A DNA stretch of 64,000 nucleotides, taken from the NCBI RefSeq assembly GCF_004010195.1, contig NC_057758.1:1984029-2048028 (forward strand). Reading direction: 5' to 3'. The notes beneath the pieces were generated by a model that was not told the DNA's origin, made no database searches, and saw only the letters and a program-made list of their open reading frames with translations. The translations under genes were made by a program, and so were the position numbers. The DNA is from Chiloscyllium plagiosum. Its lineage: Eukaryota. Below, piece after piece: positions 25,039 through 37,499 of the stretch. How positions within the stretch are numbered: the first letter of the stretch is position 1; each line of letters starts with the position of its first letter.

Positions 25039-25741
25039 TGTTATGGATGGCCAAACCCACTCAAAATATTTTAAGAAGGTTGCCCACAACCTAACCTTTC
25101 ATGTTGTTTCATGCAAATGTAATGTGGTTAACCCAAGTGTGATGCAGCTGGTCAAAGCACTTGGCTTCAAGTAAACAAAATTCATTTACACACCACAAAA
25201 GGAAACACCAAGAAAAGACAAGAAAACAGAATATTTAATAACAAAGATTTGATAACTGGACCAAACAAGCTTAACAAATAGCTGTTCTGATGTCTTGCAA
25301 CATCCCTTAATGTGCCTTGACAAAAATGTAAATTCAAACACAGTTTCTCACAGGATACAGAGGTGGGAGAGAAAAGCAGCGAAATACATTTTACTGATGC
25401 ATGGAATCTCTTTTCACTCGACCACCTGATGAAGGAGCATCGCTCGAAAGCTAGTGCTTCCAATTAAACCTGTTAGAATATAAACTGGCATTGTGTGATT
25501 TTTAACTCCTTTCACTTCGGCAGCCTATCTGCGTCCCCAGCTAAACCTATGACAAACTCGACAAATACGTCGCAAAAATTTAAAAAAGACCTTTTCCCTG
25601 ACGTTTTATTTTCTTAGTCAATATCTGTTAACCATACTTGAACTGGTCCTCCCGGAAAAATCGGAACCGGTGCTCTTTATAATCCCTGTGAAAAAAAAAA
25701 CAAGGATAACATATCCTTGTGAAAGCAACAGCATCGTCACA
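25039..25741 (-). mobile_element. Solo LTR related to the LTRs at 14718 and 19709
   Basis: TG...CA termini (TGTTATGG...CATCGTCACA). Colinear similarity to 19709-20346 (tgatgcagctggtcaaa.cactt.gctt.aa). No clear TSD. Confidence 0.7.
25421..25508 (+). ncRNA. Penelope-type terminus with hammerhead ribozyme-like motif (AGCT helix III variant), inserted in the solo LTR
   Basis: cac-CTGATGA-AG-GAGC-atc-GCTC-GAAAG-CTA-gtg at 25423-25456, with helix I cac/gtg. Confidence 0.6.
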
Positions 25742-26450
25742 AGATTGACCAGAAGTGCAATCGCTACAAAGGTAGGTCAAAATGCATCAATTCAGCGGCG
25801 GCAACTCACCTTATGATTCCCTCCGCAAAGCCTGTCCACCCTCGATAAGTTATAAGTCAGGAGTGTTTTGGAATTTTCTCCGCTCGCCTGGATAGGAAAG
25901 CTCCAACAACTTTGGAAATTCTCATCGTTATTCAGGAGATACCATTTGTCTGGTTGACTCCACAACTATCCTCGAAACTGGGCTGCTTGATCAGCAACGA
26001 AAAAAAAGTGAAATCGCTGCGGAAAAAAAAACTCTGCAGATCAGGCACCATCTGTGAAGACAAATCAAAGCCAACTTTTCGGGTTCACACAGCATCCATT
26101 CCCTCCACAGCAGATGCTCAGGAGCAGCAAAGTGCAATATGTGCTGCATAATATCACTTAAGATCCTCAGACGTCAGCTTCCACACACATGACCACTTCC
26201 ATACAGCTGGACAAGCGAAGCACATAAATGTGGACATCAGCCCCTGCACGTTCCCCTCAGAGCTACTCACCAGTCTTACTTGGAAATATGTCACCGTTCC
26301 TTCACGTTCACTGCGTCAAAATCCTGGAATTTATTCTGTTCGGGCTCTATGGATCCTTCTCCAGCACATGAAATAAAGGCAGCCAATCACTACCTCCTCA
26401 AATACAATGGCAATAAATGCTCCGTGAACATGCGACTAAAATGTAAGAAA
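25742..26450 (+). mobile_element. 3' fragment of the LINE family at 5636-8808
   Basis: Similar to 8190-8790 (gaattttctccgctcgcctggat; cttggaaatat.tcaccgttccttc; caataaatgct). Confidence 0.7.
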
Positions 26451-27229
26451 AGATCATCCATCAGAGTCTGTTGGGCATGTTAGGCAGGAGCAGGTTATCG
26501 TGAGCCAGCGTTGGAGTAAGATAGGGAACGAGAAGGAGAACAAGTCGTGGAACAGCAGAAGACTGCGGGAAAGTGAAGGACAATTATGATCGACAAACAG
26601 ATAGGCAAGGCATCGATGGTGGAGGAAAACGCGATGCAGACTTATTCAGACAGCAGGATTTGAAAATACGTACCGATGCCTCGGAGGTAGAGATAGGCAG
26701 GCAGATAAATAGTGAAAACACGAATAAAGAGCAAAAAGCAAAGTTTGGGAGAAAGGGCAAAACATAAGGCAGGAAAGTTAGAAGTGAAACGTTCCAACTG
26801 TGCATTAGGATAGCAATATATTACTGGTAAGATGTAAAACTGTGTGTAAATATTGAACGTTGTCTTCAAGAAACACGTGGATTAGCATCGGCACAGAAAG
26901 TATTGTTGTTGATGCAACTTTAGTGTACGCGGTTAAAACCACCTCATTATCCAGCTCTCAAAGCCAGAGTCTGTCACTGGCATGTGGTGACACAGTCTCT
27001 TCCAGTAATGTGTTTCTCCATCTAACAGCACAATTAAACAAGTGAATAAATGAACAAGTGAAATCGCCAAATTTAATTTGAACCAGTGTCTGAGAATTCA
27101 AACGAACGAGCATCAATCCATTTCACAAATGGATAGAGTGATTATAAAGATTAAACCGAGATTATTATGTAAATTAAGAGGGGTTTATTAGTCAGATCAA
27201 AGTGTTCCCTGAAAATATACTGAAAGACA

Positions 27230-27540
27230 TTACGTGTGTGTGTGTTTTAGTGTGTGTGGGTCTCCATAGGTGGGCGTTTGGTATTAATGTACACCTGTAT
27301 CTATCTATGTGTTTAATGTGTCTCTTTCTGTATATGAGTGCGTCTCTTCTAGCTATGTGTGTTTCTGCCTTTTGTGTGTGTGTCGTTGTGACTGTGCCTC
27401 TGCTTTTCAGTCTGTATGTACGTTTGGCTCGCTAACTCTGCCAGCAGTTTATCATGATGGGCAGTTGGAATGAGTGTGTCTGTGTTTGCATGTATATGTT
27501 TGCATGTGTCTGTACCCCCTGCTTGTACGTGTGTGTGACC
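27230..27540. repeat. Degenerate (TG)n-rich tract
   Basis: Visible TG dinucleotide enrichment. Confidence 0.8.
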
Positions 27541-28797
27541 GACCAACTCTGCCTGCAATTGGACAGACTTTGAATGAATTAACTTCAACGTGATGAATCG
27601 TAGTTTTAAGGATTTCTCTCTCTGTATCTGTCCGTCTAGTTTTTGAGAGGATACAGCCCCTCCTTCTATTGTCCTCCCCCGTTACCATCCGTTGCGAAGT
27701 AATCATGAAACCATGTAAATCTCTGTGGGGACTGTACAATCCACCATCACAACGATCTTTCAGTCCTCCAGCGGGGTGGATCCATCCCTCATCACATCGG
27801 GAACCTAGTCCTCCAGCGGATGCATCATACATGCCCAATCTATCTCCAACTCATCACACTCACTGAATGGTAGGCAGCTGTCATTGAATATCATTTGTTT
27901 AAATCCCCTGGTGGTGTTCATTCAGAGATGCTGGTAGCCAGGGAGTCCCAAAAAGTCAATCCCCCTCCAAGACATCAGCATTTTCGGAAATCCAGCCCCT
28001 TTCTCCTATTTCGATCGATTTCCTCCTCTCCATCATGGACGTCCATTGCCATCATCTACAACGAGGCCTAAAACGTTAGAATCCTCGTGACGATCAGCGT
28101 GACTGTCTCGCCAGTTGTGCCAGTTCTAGTCTCCCTATTAAAGGAATGATATTATTAAACTGTGTTGGGTTCAGAAAAGTGTTACCAGTATGTCGCTGAG
28201 AATGAAGATATTGATTTATAAAGAGAGCTTGGAAAGCCGGAAAAGTTTTCTCACTGGGGCGGAGGAGGTTGTTGGAGTGGGGGGATATTATAAATGTTTG
28301 TAAAAGCGCCGGCAGTTCGGACTAGCTTAGCTTGTGTTTATAGTGGGTGTGCACTTTTGGAACGCAAGATTTTGTTTCTGTGATGTGTAACTATGACTCT
28401 AAATCTCTGCGTACCTACAGGGATGAGCAGCAACTTGTAAAGTTTTCTGATCATTCCAAACTCCAGTACATCCATATGTGGGGCTGAGTCAATCAGAGAG
28501 ACAGTTTGAGATGAGGGGGGTCATGGATTCAAGGCAAAAAACTGCGTGTCACAGGAAAATATTGTCTGTGAGTTTGGTATGCATTCGGGAGTGATCCTTG
28601 CGTCAGTTAGAAATATTGCGGTCCACAAATTGGGTCTCGGATTCCATTAGGGTTAGAGACGGAATGTGAGAGAATGATGAGGGGTGGGAAGAAAGACATA
28701 AGAGGAAAGAGGGACACTGAGACAGAGAACTGGCAAGATCAATGGAAAAATGAAAATGGCAGCCATTCTGATCAGTGGAGCCTCACAGAAATCAACA

Positions 28798-29109
28798 TAG
28801 ATTAGATTACTTACAGTGTGGAAACAGGCCCTTCGGCCCACCGAGTCCACACCGACCCGCCGAAGCGCAACCCACCCATACCCCTACATTTACCCCTTAC
28901 CTAACACTACGGGCAATTTTAGCATGGCCAATTCACCTGACCTGCACATCTTTGGACGGTGGGAGGAAACCGGAGCACCAGGAGGAAACCCACGCAGACA
29001 TGGGGAGAACGTGCAAACTCCACACAGTCAGTCACCTGAGGCGGGAATTGAACCCGGGTCTCTGGCGCTGTGAGGTAGCAGTGCTAACCACTGTGCCACC
29101 GTGCCGCCC
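28798..29109 (-). mobile_element. HE1-type SINE, full length, young
   Basis: The minus strand starts GGGCGGCACGG, with box A TGGCACAGTGG, box B GGTTCAATTCC, a LINE-like tail and a (TAATC)n end. Confidence 0.95.
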
Positions 29110-29384
29110 TAAACAATTGATTACATGCAAAAGTTCCTGACAAGGATAGGTGCTAGTTCGCAATTAGTAAGATCGCACAAAACGCAATGCGCTGTCCTGA
29201 TGTATAAAGAAGTGGAATTTGTAAGAGCTTGATGAACGAGAGCTTTGTCAGTAATTAAAATGTAAGTGAACGGATTATCAGCCAATCATGATTTAGTTTG
29301 TGTAGGAGGTGCATTCACTTCGAATTAACTGTAGGTCACCTGTTTGTGAATTTTTCATTGAACTGACTCAATATGAAGCCAAAC

Positions 29385-29795
29385 GTCATGTCTGTGTGGG
29401 TGTGTGCTTGCGTGTGTGTGTGTCTCTGTGTGTGTCTGTGTATGTCTCCCTGTGTGGGAGTTTTTTATGCTGTGTCTGCTTTGATGTGCTGTATATGTGT
29501 TTGTCATGTGTGTGCTTGAATGTGTGCGCCTGTGCTCCTGTCTGTACGTATTTTTGTAAATGTTTACCTATATGAGTGTGTTTGTGCGCATCTGTGCATA
29601 TTTGTGAGTATGTTCGTGCATGTATGTGCATATGTGAGAATATCTGCGTATGTGTGCATGCGTTTCTCTGTCATATTTGAGTGTGTGTGCACGTGTGCGT
29701 ATTTGTGCATCTGAGTTCGTATATATGTGTGCCTCTATCTGTATTTGTGCCCTTGTTTCTGTGCCTTTGCCTGTGTATGGTTGTCCCTGTGCCTG
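29385..29795. repeat. Degenerate (TG)n microsatellite
   Basis: Visible TG-rich tandem sequence. Confidence 0.9.
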
Positions 29796-30179
29796 ATTAT
29801 TAACCACAGCATACACAGAGTGCTCAACGAGCATTGTGCCCCTGCCGACATAGCGTCTCTCTTAGGAGATTGAGGGGGGAATGAGAAATGCACTGACACT
29901 GCTCCTTTTCTCTCTGGTTTTGCTACCAGCCGGACATTGTATTTTTGTTTTCTGTTGAACGAGAGTGCATTATGGATTATCTTTTTTCCTGTCTTTGCAT
30001 CGATAGCTGTAGCTAACTACCCTCAAATATTCTTTTTATATGCTCTCCTTTATTTTGTTCTGGTTCAGCTTCATATGCCCGCCATGTTTCACTTCTGGAT
30101 TTTCCTGCTAGTCATGATAGAAACGACTTGCAATTTAAGTTGCATCATTGTCAAGAGGCTCAGTGTTGATCTCACTAAC

Positions 30180-31100
30180 CATTGTTTAGACAGCATTCGG
30201 GAATGTTGTGTGCAGAGATCGTCTGTATATCCCACATTTGACTACATATCGTGCAATATTTCGAGTGATGATCTCCATTAACGACATCTAGACAATACCT
30301 GGAAAACTGTACTGTGCTGGTCTTTATACCACACAAAAAGTCTGTATTTAGAACACTATGTGCAGAGCTGGTCTCTCTATGCCACGGTTCGACCATATAC
30401 AGAGCACTGCGTGTGATGTTGCCATATGATTCCCAGAGAGAGACCACGCGTGGATCACTCTGTGCAGTGATGGTCTGGGTATCCCACGGTTATAACACAT
30501 AGACAGCACTGCGTGTGCAATGCTGGTATCTGTTTCCCACAATTAGATCACATTTCGAGCACTATGCGCGATGATGGTCCCTTTCTCCCACAGTTCGATC
30601 GAACCTAAAGCGCTGTGTACAGTGATAGTCTCCATATATCATGTTTAGACCACACCTGGAGCATTTTATGCAGCGATGGCTTCCAATGCCGCAGTTGGAC
30701 AGCAATTGGAGAATAGTGTGCAGTGATGTTCTTCATATCACAATGTTAGATCACACCTTTAACACTGTGAGCAGTGATAGCTTTATATCCCAAAGTTATA
30801 CAACGTATAGATCACTTGCACAGTGATATTCTCTATATCTCACGGTTAGACCACTTTTTATGTGCTGAGTGCAGTGAGAGTCGCTTATTACACAATTAGA
30901 GCACTTTGTCCAGTGTTTTTCTATAATCCCACGGTCAAACTACACATGGGAAATGATAGCATCATTTTAGATTGCACTTGGAGCTCTGCATACTATCATA
31001 GTCTCCATGCCCAATCGTTGGACCACACTCGGAACGCTGCTTTCGGTGGCCTCCCTATCCCTCACTTCGACTGCACTCGGGGCACTCTGCATTATTCCGC
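30180..31100 (+). repeat. Degenerate ~50-51 bp minisatellite (approximate consensus gttagaccacacctggagcactgtgtgcagtgatggtctccatatcccaca)
   Basis: The anchor tt(a/g)(g/t)a recurs at 30645, 30695, 30746, 30796 and 30846. The array resumes at ~31490-31605 and ~32290-32600. Confidence 0.85.
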
Positions 31101-31134
31101 TCTTCCTGTCTTTCCATTAGCAGAAAATAATTGC

Positions 31135-31470
31135 CAAGTGTAATTACTAATAAACTATTAACGCAAGACAGACCTGCTGCTCTGGATATCTGATTTCAGG
31201 TCCCACAAACGCAGATGGTTTGAGTTTAATAAATATCTGGAATTAAGGATGCTCATGAGATCATTGTTGTTTGTAAGACAAACAAACAACTCAACTGGTT
31301 CCTTCATGTCCTTTTGGATTGAATGCAGTCATTCTGATCTGTACTCGACCACGTGTGACTACATACCCACTGCAAAATGATTGACTCTTAACCGATGTCT
31401 GAACAGTTAGGAATGGACAAAAAGCGCTGACTGAGCGAGTGAAACCATTCTGCCATTAATGAAGGAAAGA
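31135..31470 (+). mobile_element. SINE-like bipartite derivative (head + 5' UTR + 3' tail) of the LINE at 5636-8808
   Basis: Colinear with 5650-5910 (gatggt..tttga.tt.aataaa; ctggttc; gtgtgact...ttgactcttaac). It then jumps to a 3' tail like 8735-8795 (ttaggaatggacaa). Confidence 0.65.
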
Positions 31471-31604
31471 TCACGGTGTAAATTGATGGTCTATGTATTT
31501 CACAGATACACACCATCTGAATGACTGTGCACAGTAATGGTCTCCATATCCCACATTAGACCACACCAAGAGCACTCTGTACAATGACGGTCAAGATATC
31601 CCAA

Positions 31605-32262
31605 CCCAATCTAGTCCCATCTGCCAATACACGGTCCACATCCCTCCAATCCGTTCCTATTCATGTACCCATACCTTTTAAAAGTTGCAATTGTACTAGC
31701 TTAAACCACTTTTCTTGTAGCCCATTCCATACACGCACAAGTTCTGCTTGAAAAACTTGTCCCTTGGGTCTCTTTTATATCTTTCCCCTCTCACGCTAAT
31801 CCTATGCCCTATAGTTCTAGACTCACTACATCAGGAAAAAAGGACCTTGCCTATTTACCCTATCCAAACTCCTCATGATTTAATAAATTTCTATAACGTC
31901 ACCCCTTGGCCTCCGACGCTCCAGGGATAAAAAGCCTTAGCCTGTTCAACAACTTCCTGTAGCTCAAATCGAAATCTGGCAACATCCTTGTCAATCGTTT
32001 CTGAACTCTTACAGGTTTCACAACTTTCTTCCGATAGAGAGAAGGCCAGAATTTCATGCAATATTTCGATAGTTGCCTAACCAATGTTATGTGTAGCCGC
32101 AACATGACCTCCCAACTCTTATACCCAATACACTGACTAATAAAGGAAAGTATACCAAAGCCTTCTTGACTATCGTATCTTCCTGTGACTACTTTCAAGG
32201 AGCTATGAAGCTGCAATCCCAGGTCTCTTTGTTCAGCAACGCTGCCTCGGACCTCCTGCTAA
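31605..32262 (-). mobile_element. CR1 LINE 3' fragment
   Basis: Minus ORF 31899-32216 LVRQLSKYCMKFW..YRK...RVQKRLTRMLP. Confidence 0.88.
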
Positions 32263-33199
32263 GGATTGCTTTCTTTGTTTGCAAGTGTCTCATTTAGACA
32301 CATTTGGAGCATTGTGTGCAGTTTTGGGCTACGTGTCCCTCAGATAGACCACGCTTGGAACAGTTTGCACAGTCATGACATCCATGTACTTGTTTTGGGC
32401 ACACATGGAGCATCTCGACTCCATACCAATCAGTTCGATCACACCAAGAGCATGGTGTAAATTTCTGATCTCTGGGTGTTTTGGTACGTCACACAAAGAA
32501 CACACCTTTAGTTTCTATGTGATTTTAGACTTCACCCTAAAACAGGACATCCGCTGTGACACACTTTGTCAGCTGTGCACTCCTCGACATGACAATGTCA
32601 TTGAACAAGGCGAACCTAGTTTGCTAGACTTTACGTTCGGGTCCAAAAACAAAATATTTTTCTCTATCTCGCAGGTATCCGCTTGGGATGATAAAATCCC
32701 AAAGAGATCTGAAGGACGCGGATGTGTAAAGAAGACGAGAAACAGATGCCTGGAGTATGCTTCTTTTGTTTCAAATATTTCAAGCTGGCATGACATCCAC
32801 AAGGACAACATGTGAAAACCGTCTGTTGCTGCGACTGATGTTGTTGTCACTTCAGCAATTGAGGGCCTGCTCTAGTGTAAAGTTCTAATGCCCTCTTAAC
32901 CATCTGCTTTCCGAAAGATGAGACAGACAGCTCACTTCCAACTATCACCACCTCTTGTGCGTGCCTCAGTACGCCCCATTGGGGCTCAGGTTGTGCTAAA
33001 ATGGAGATGTAGAGAGTGTAGGTCAGAAAATGTGGGGGGTGAAGTGGGGAGTTGACAGCTCGTGTCGCAGATCACAGTCATAATCACTGAATCAAACCGC
33101 ACAGGCAGCACTCCAAGCCCCGTCTCACCAAGGTCTCTGGCTATATCCATACATGAGCAGAATCTGCAATTAAAACATCACACATGTTCCCACTACTCA

Positions 33200-33695
33200 C
33201 CAACCACAGCACTCACCCTACTAGCATTTGGAGTTCCCTACTCGCTGAACATTCCTTGGTGCAGAACTCCGTCAGCACCGACACTCTAACAGTGCAGAGC
33301 TCCCTCAGTGCTGACTGTTCCATGTTTCAACAAAGCCTCGGCGATGACCCTTCCACAGTGTGGCGACCTTCAGCACCGAGCCTCCGACATTGCGGAGATT
33401 CCTCGGTACTTACCCCGATACTGCAGCATTCCCTCGGCTTTGATAGCGTCCATCACAACTGACCGTCAAACATTGCAACACTCCGTCAGTACCGGATCTC
33501 CGACAATGTGAACCTTCTTCAAAGTTGGCACTGTGACAGTGTGATGATCATTCGGCACAGACACTTTAACATTGAGTTGCTGCCTCAGAATGACCCTCCG
33601 ACATTTTGGCACTCCTTCAGCACTAACCGTCCCACAGTATGGTGCTCCCTCGGCATTGAATCTCTGATAACGCAATTTTCCATCAGTACAGTTGT
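33200..33695 (+). repeat. Degenerate ~33 bp minisatellite (approximate consensus ctcagcactgaccctccgacagtgcagcactcc)
   Basis: The anchor c(a/g)g recurs at 33273, 33306, 33339, 33371, 33404 and 33435. Confidence 0.8.
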
Positions 33696-34859
33696 AATGT
33701 CCTACTTAATTGCTTGCTATGTGTGAAGAACAGACAGACCTGACCTGACAGTCAATGCTCTGATTTTACTTCTGAATGTTCTCCATGACCTGAGCGAACT
33801 GAATTTACGGGAGTCAATGGGCATGATGGTTATGCCCTCTGACGCAGCTTGGTCTTAGGTTATTTCTAACATCCCCGGACTTGCCCACTGTGGTGCCCCC
33901 ATCACCCCTCCTTCTTATTTCCAAGTGCAAATACAACAGCCGTAGATCCAAATATAGAAGCTGGTTCTACTGATCTCCTCCGCTCACAGTTGTCCATCCA
34001 AAATTGCCATCAAACCGTATGGCAGCAGAATTTTGCTCCTGAAATGCAGAGAGCAAAAAGCCATCGGCCTGTGGTGATAAATGGGGATTCATGATATAAT
34101 AGTCTGCTGTCACTTTTCTTTTGCACTTTTATGAAGCACTCCTTTAATCTGCAAATAATCTGTATTTGATGCAATGTCAATTTCCATTGGAGAATATACA
34201 TTCAGCTGACTGTAAGCCGGTCTGTTATCCAATTGCCTTGTTTAGACCACACTAGAAGAACTGTGCACCATTCCCTTCTCCATATCCCCCAGTTACACGA
34301 CACTACAAACTAGCCAGAATTGCCAAGAGAAATATCCATCTAAACCTCCTCCACGGTTGTCCCAGACGCCAGTCGTCTACCAGTTGAACTCACTCCTCAT
34401 TAATATGAAGAGATAGTGTTCATAGCTCTAGGCCAAGTGGTTGGAATCCAAATTTAGAACGTAGAACATAGAACAGTAAGGAAATGGCCCCCTTTGCCCA
34501 AAATGTTTTGCTGGAAATGGCACAAATTAAACTGATTATCCCTACCCTTGTTCCATATCTCTCCATTCCTTGCATATTAATGCTTGAAGACATCGAATGC
34601 GGTTGTGATCATAAGTGAGTACTTGCATCAGTATTCTCTCATGAGATTGGTTTGGATGATTGACGTTCGTGTAGAGCATGCTTATATGTCATAGCATTTT
34701 GACATCAGGAAAGAAGTAATGTTGGGACTCTTGAAGAACATTAAGGTGAGTAAGACTGGCAAGGCTGGGGCCTTGAGCAAGATCGTTGTTTCCTCATTAG
34801 CCACTGGAGACGTCGCACAGTATTGACGAGTAGCTGATTTTTTTTTCTGTATGAAAATG

Positions 34860-35725
34860 TAGATGATTATGTTTGCAGACGACATTTAAATTGATGGATT
34901 TGGGAGCAGTGTAGAAGTTTATCAAAGGATAGAGTGGCATATAGATCAGTTGTAGACTTTGATGAAGAAATGGCCCATGCAATTTAGACAATGTACATGT
35001 GAGGTGCTGTGCTTTGGGAGATCAAATGTTATGTAAAACTTTACAGTTAATTTTATAAACCGGAATAGCACTGATGTACAGATGAATCTTGAGGTGCAAG
35101 TCCATTACACCCAGAAAGTGGCCAAGCAAGTAGATTGGGGGTAAAGAGGGCATACGGCATGATTGCCTTTATGAGTCGGGGAATTGTGTACAAGAGACAG
35201 GATTGAATGTTGCAGACGTACAAGAAGTTTGGTTAGGCCATCATGAGAGAGTTATCTTCAATTCTGACTTCCACATTACAGTAATGATGTGGCAGCTTTG
35301 GAGAGTGTGCAGAAGAGTTTTACCATCATATTGCCTTTATTAAAGAGTACGAACTACAAGGAGAGGGTGGAAAATAAAACTCGTGTTGTTTCCTCTGCAG
35401 TGGAGAAGCTTCAGGGGAAGAATTTAGAAATAAATTATGACATGCATGGAAAGGATTAACTGTCAGAATCTTTTTACCAGTGTTGCAATGCCTAACATTT
35501 GGAGGTGGGAGTGGACTAAACTTGAGAGAGGGTAAGTTCAAAGATGATGTGAGGGACAAGGAATGTTAGAAGTGTGGAACACACTGCCAGGGATGGTGCT
35601 GGAGGCACTTACGATAGAAGCGTTACAAAGAGTCTTCGACAGGCAGAATTTGTCGTCATTTTCAGTACAACATCATGGACTGACGGGCCCGTTCCTGTGG
35701 TTTTCACTTCGATGTTCTATGTTCT
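34860..35725 (+). mobile_element. CR1 LINE 3' half, diverged
   Basis: FADD at ~34872, ALESVQKSF at ~35295, tail gggccc...gatgttctatgttct. Confidence 0.8.
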
Positions 35726-37499
35726 GCAAGCTCCGTGTACAACTTCCATCTGCATGTTTCTCAGTTAGACACAAACAAAGAATTCTCATCTGCATGTTGC
35801 TTAATTCGATACACACGACAAGCACCGTGCACAGTTCTCATCACCAATTCTGCCAATTTAACCATCTGCGAGCTCTGCACGCTGTTCCCAAATCCGCATC
35901 CCTCGGTTCTTTGTGAACAGGGACCCTAACATTATTAATGATCCCTGTCCATCACAGTATGCTCCCAGTTGATGAAGAGGCAACCTGTCCTTCCCAAAGC
36001 TCAACAACGCTCATATTCTTGTGCCAGTCAGTGTGAGTAAGGATCGTGCCACTCGCAATCATCCCAACATAAAACTATGTGTTACTTGACCTGGTCACTT
36101 AACAGGCTCAATAATTCTTACAAACAAGCAGTGTCTGAATATTGTGACGTCAAAAATGAAACAAAGTCCGGCAGCTCAAATCCCAAATGAGGTGAGAGTC
36201 TGCAGATTACAGCATAGAGATTGTTAAGATTTTTGAATGATATAGCGGTGTGGGGAGTACACGGACGGTCGGTACTTGGACTGGGGTCTGTGGTTGGCTT
36301 TGGGGTTTCTTCCATCCCTAGGGAAAACAGGTGCAAGGTGGGAAAACGCCGTGTTACATTTCCAGGTTGTGGGGTTATCAATGACGGTCAGTGCCACCCT
36401 GTCTGCAGCAGTGGCACCAGAAGGGGGTTACATCTTTGCGGCGGAGATGCATTGACCGAAGTTTGGCTGTGCAGCTAATGGTCAGTGCGACAGTCAGTCT
36501 CAGTGGATTGGAACGGGTGAATCAGGGTGCATCTGGTGGGCGGTGGTATCGAAGTCAGTTCGGTTGGGAATGCAGCATTTGAGACTGTGTCTATTAGAAG
36601 GGAACTGATAAGGGGTTCGACTGAAGAATGGATGCAAGGAAGTATGAGTCCACTTAATATATAGGAGGATTGACAAACGTTTGGGTAGTTGACTGCAGAG
36701 GTACCTGGTGCTGGTGTTCGGTTAAGAAACTGGGTACAGGGTTTTGGGTCCACAGGAAGTGAGTAATGAGAATCAGGTTAGGCATGGCATGCAGAAATAC
36801 GTCTAGTCGTAATAGAAGGGTGGGAGAAAGACGGGGGATTTGGATAAATTTCAAAGGTAGTGGATGGTGACAGTCGTATAAGGAATGAGTGTGCTAATGT
36901 AGGTCCTGTGGTAATGGAAGTGGAAGTGGATTAGAGATAAGGTCTTAAATTTAGAGGTAATGGATGGTGGCTTTTGCGTGAGGAATGGGGGATGGAGGTT
37001 TGGATTCAGTGGCAATAGAAGTGTGGATGAGGTTAAAGGAATGGGGGTCTGAGAGCGGATATAGTGGGGATCAGGGAGAAATAGCGTATGTGAGTTGGTG
37101 GTCAAGAGTTATTAGAAGTTAAGTCTGAATGAGCATTGGTGGATGCGAGGTTGGGTGAACATAGAATGAAGGTGCAAAGATCGGGTGAGTAATGAGGAAT
37201 ACGTATTTGAGTCGAGGTCGAGGAAGATCCGGTAGTGCTAGTCAGGTGATCATTGAAGGATTTGGGGTGTTTGGTGTGTTTGCAGTCAGGACTGTGAAGG
37301 TGAAGGGAATTTGTGTGAAACAGCTGTCAGGTCAGGTCTGTGGTGAATGAGGTTTCTGGCTCAATGATTAATTGGGTTCATTGTGTAGCAAGATTAGCTT
37401 CAGGTAAACAGTTACTGGGAAGTTAGACTGTACAGAGAACAATCTAATATTATCTGATGAACTGCTATTCTTCATTGTAAACAGACAGAAGCTTCAATG

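Noticed and set aside
28990..29109. tRNA gene (box A/B present)
   Set aside because: It is the tRNA-derived head of a SINE repeated about ten times in the window.
30180..33695. Regularly spaced repeats as a possible CRISPR array
   Set aside because: The units are contiguous degenerate tandem copies with no unique spacers, there are no cas genes, and the DNA is vertebrate.
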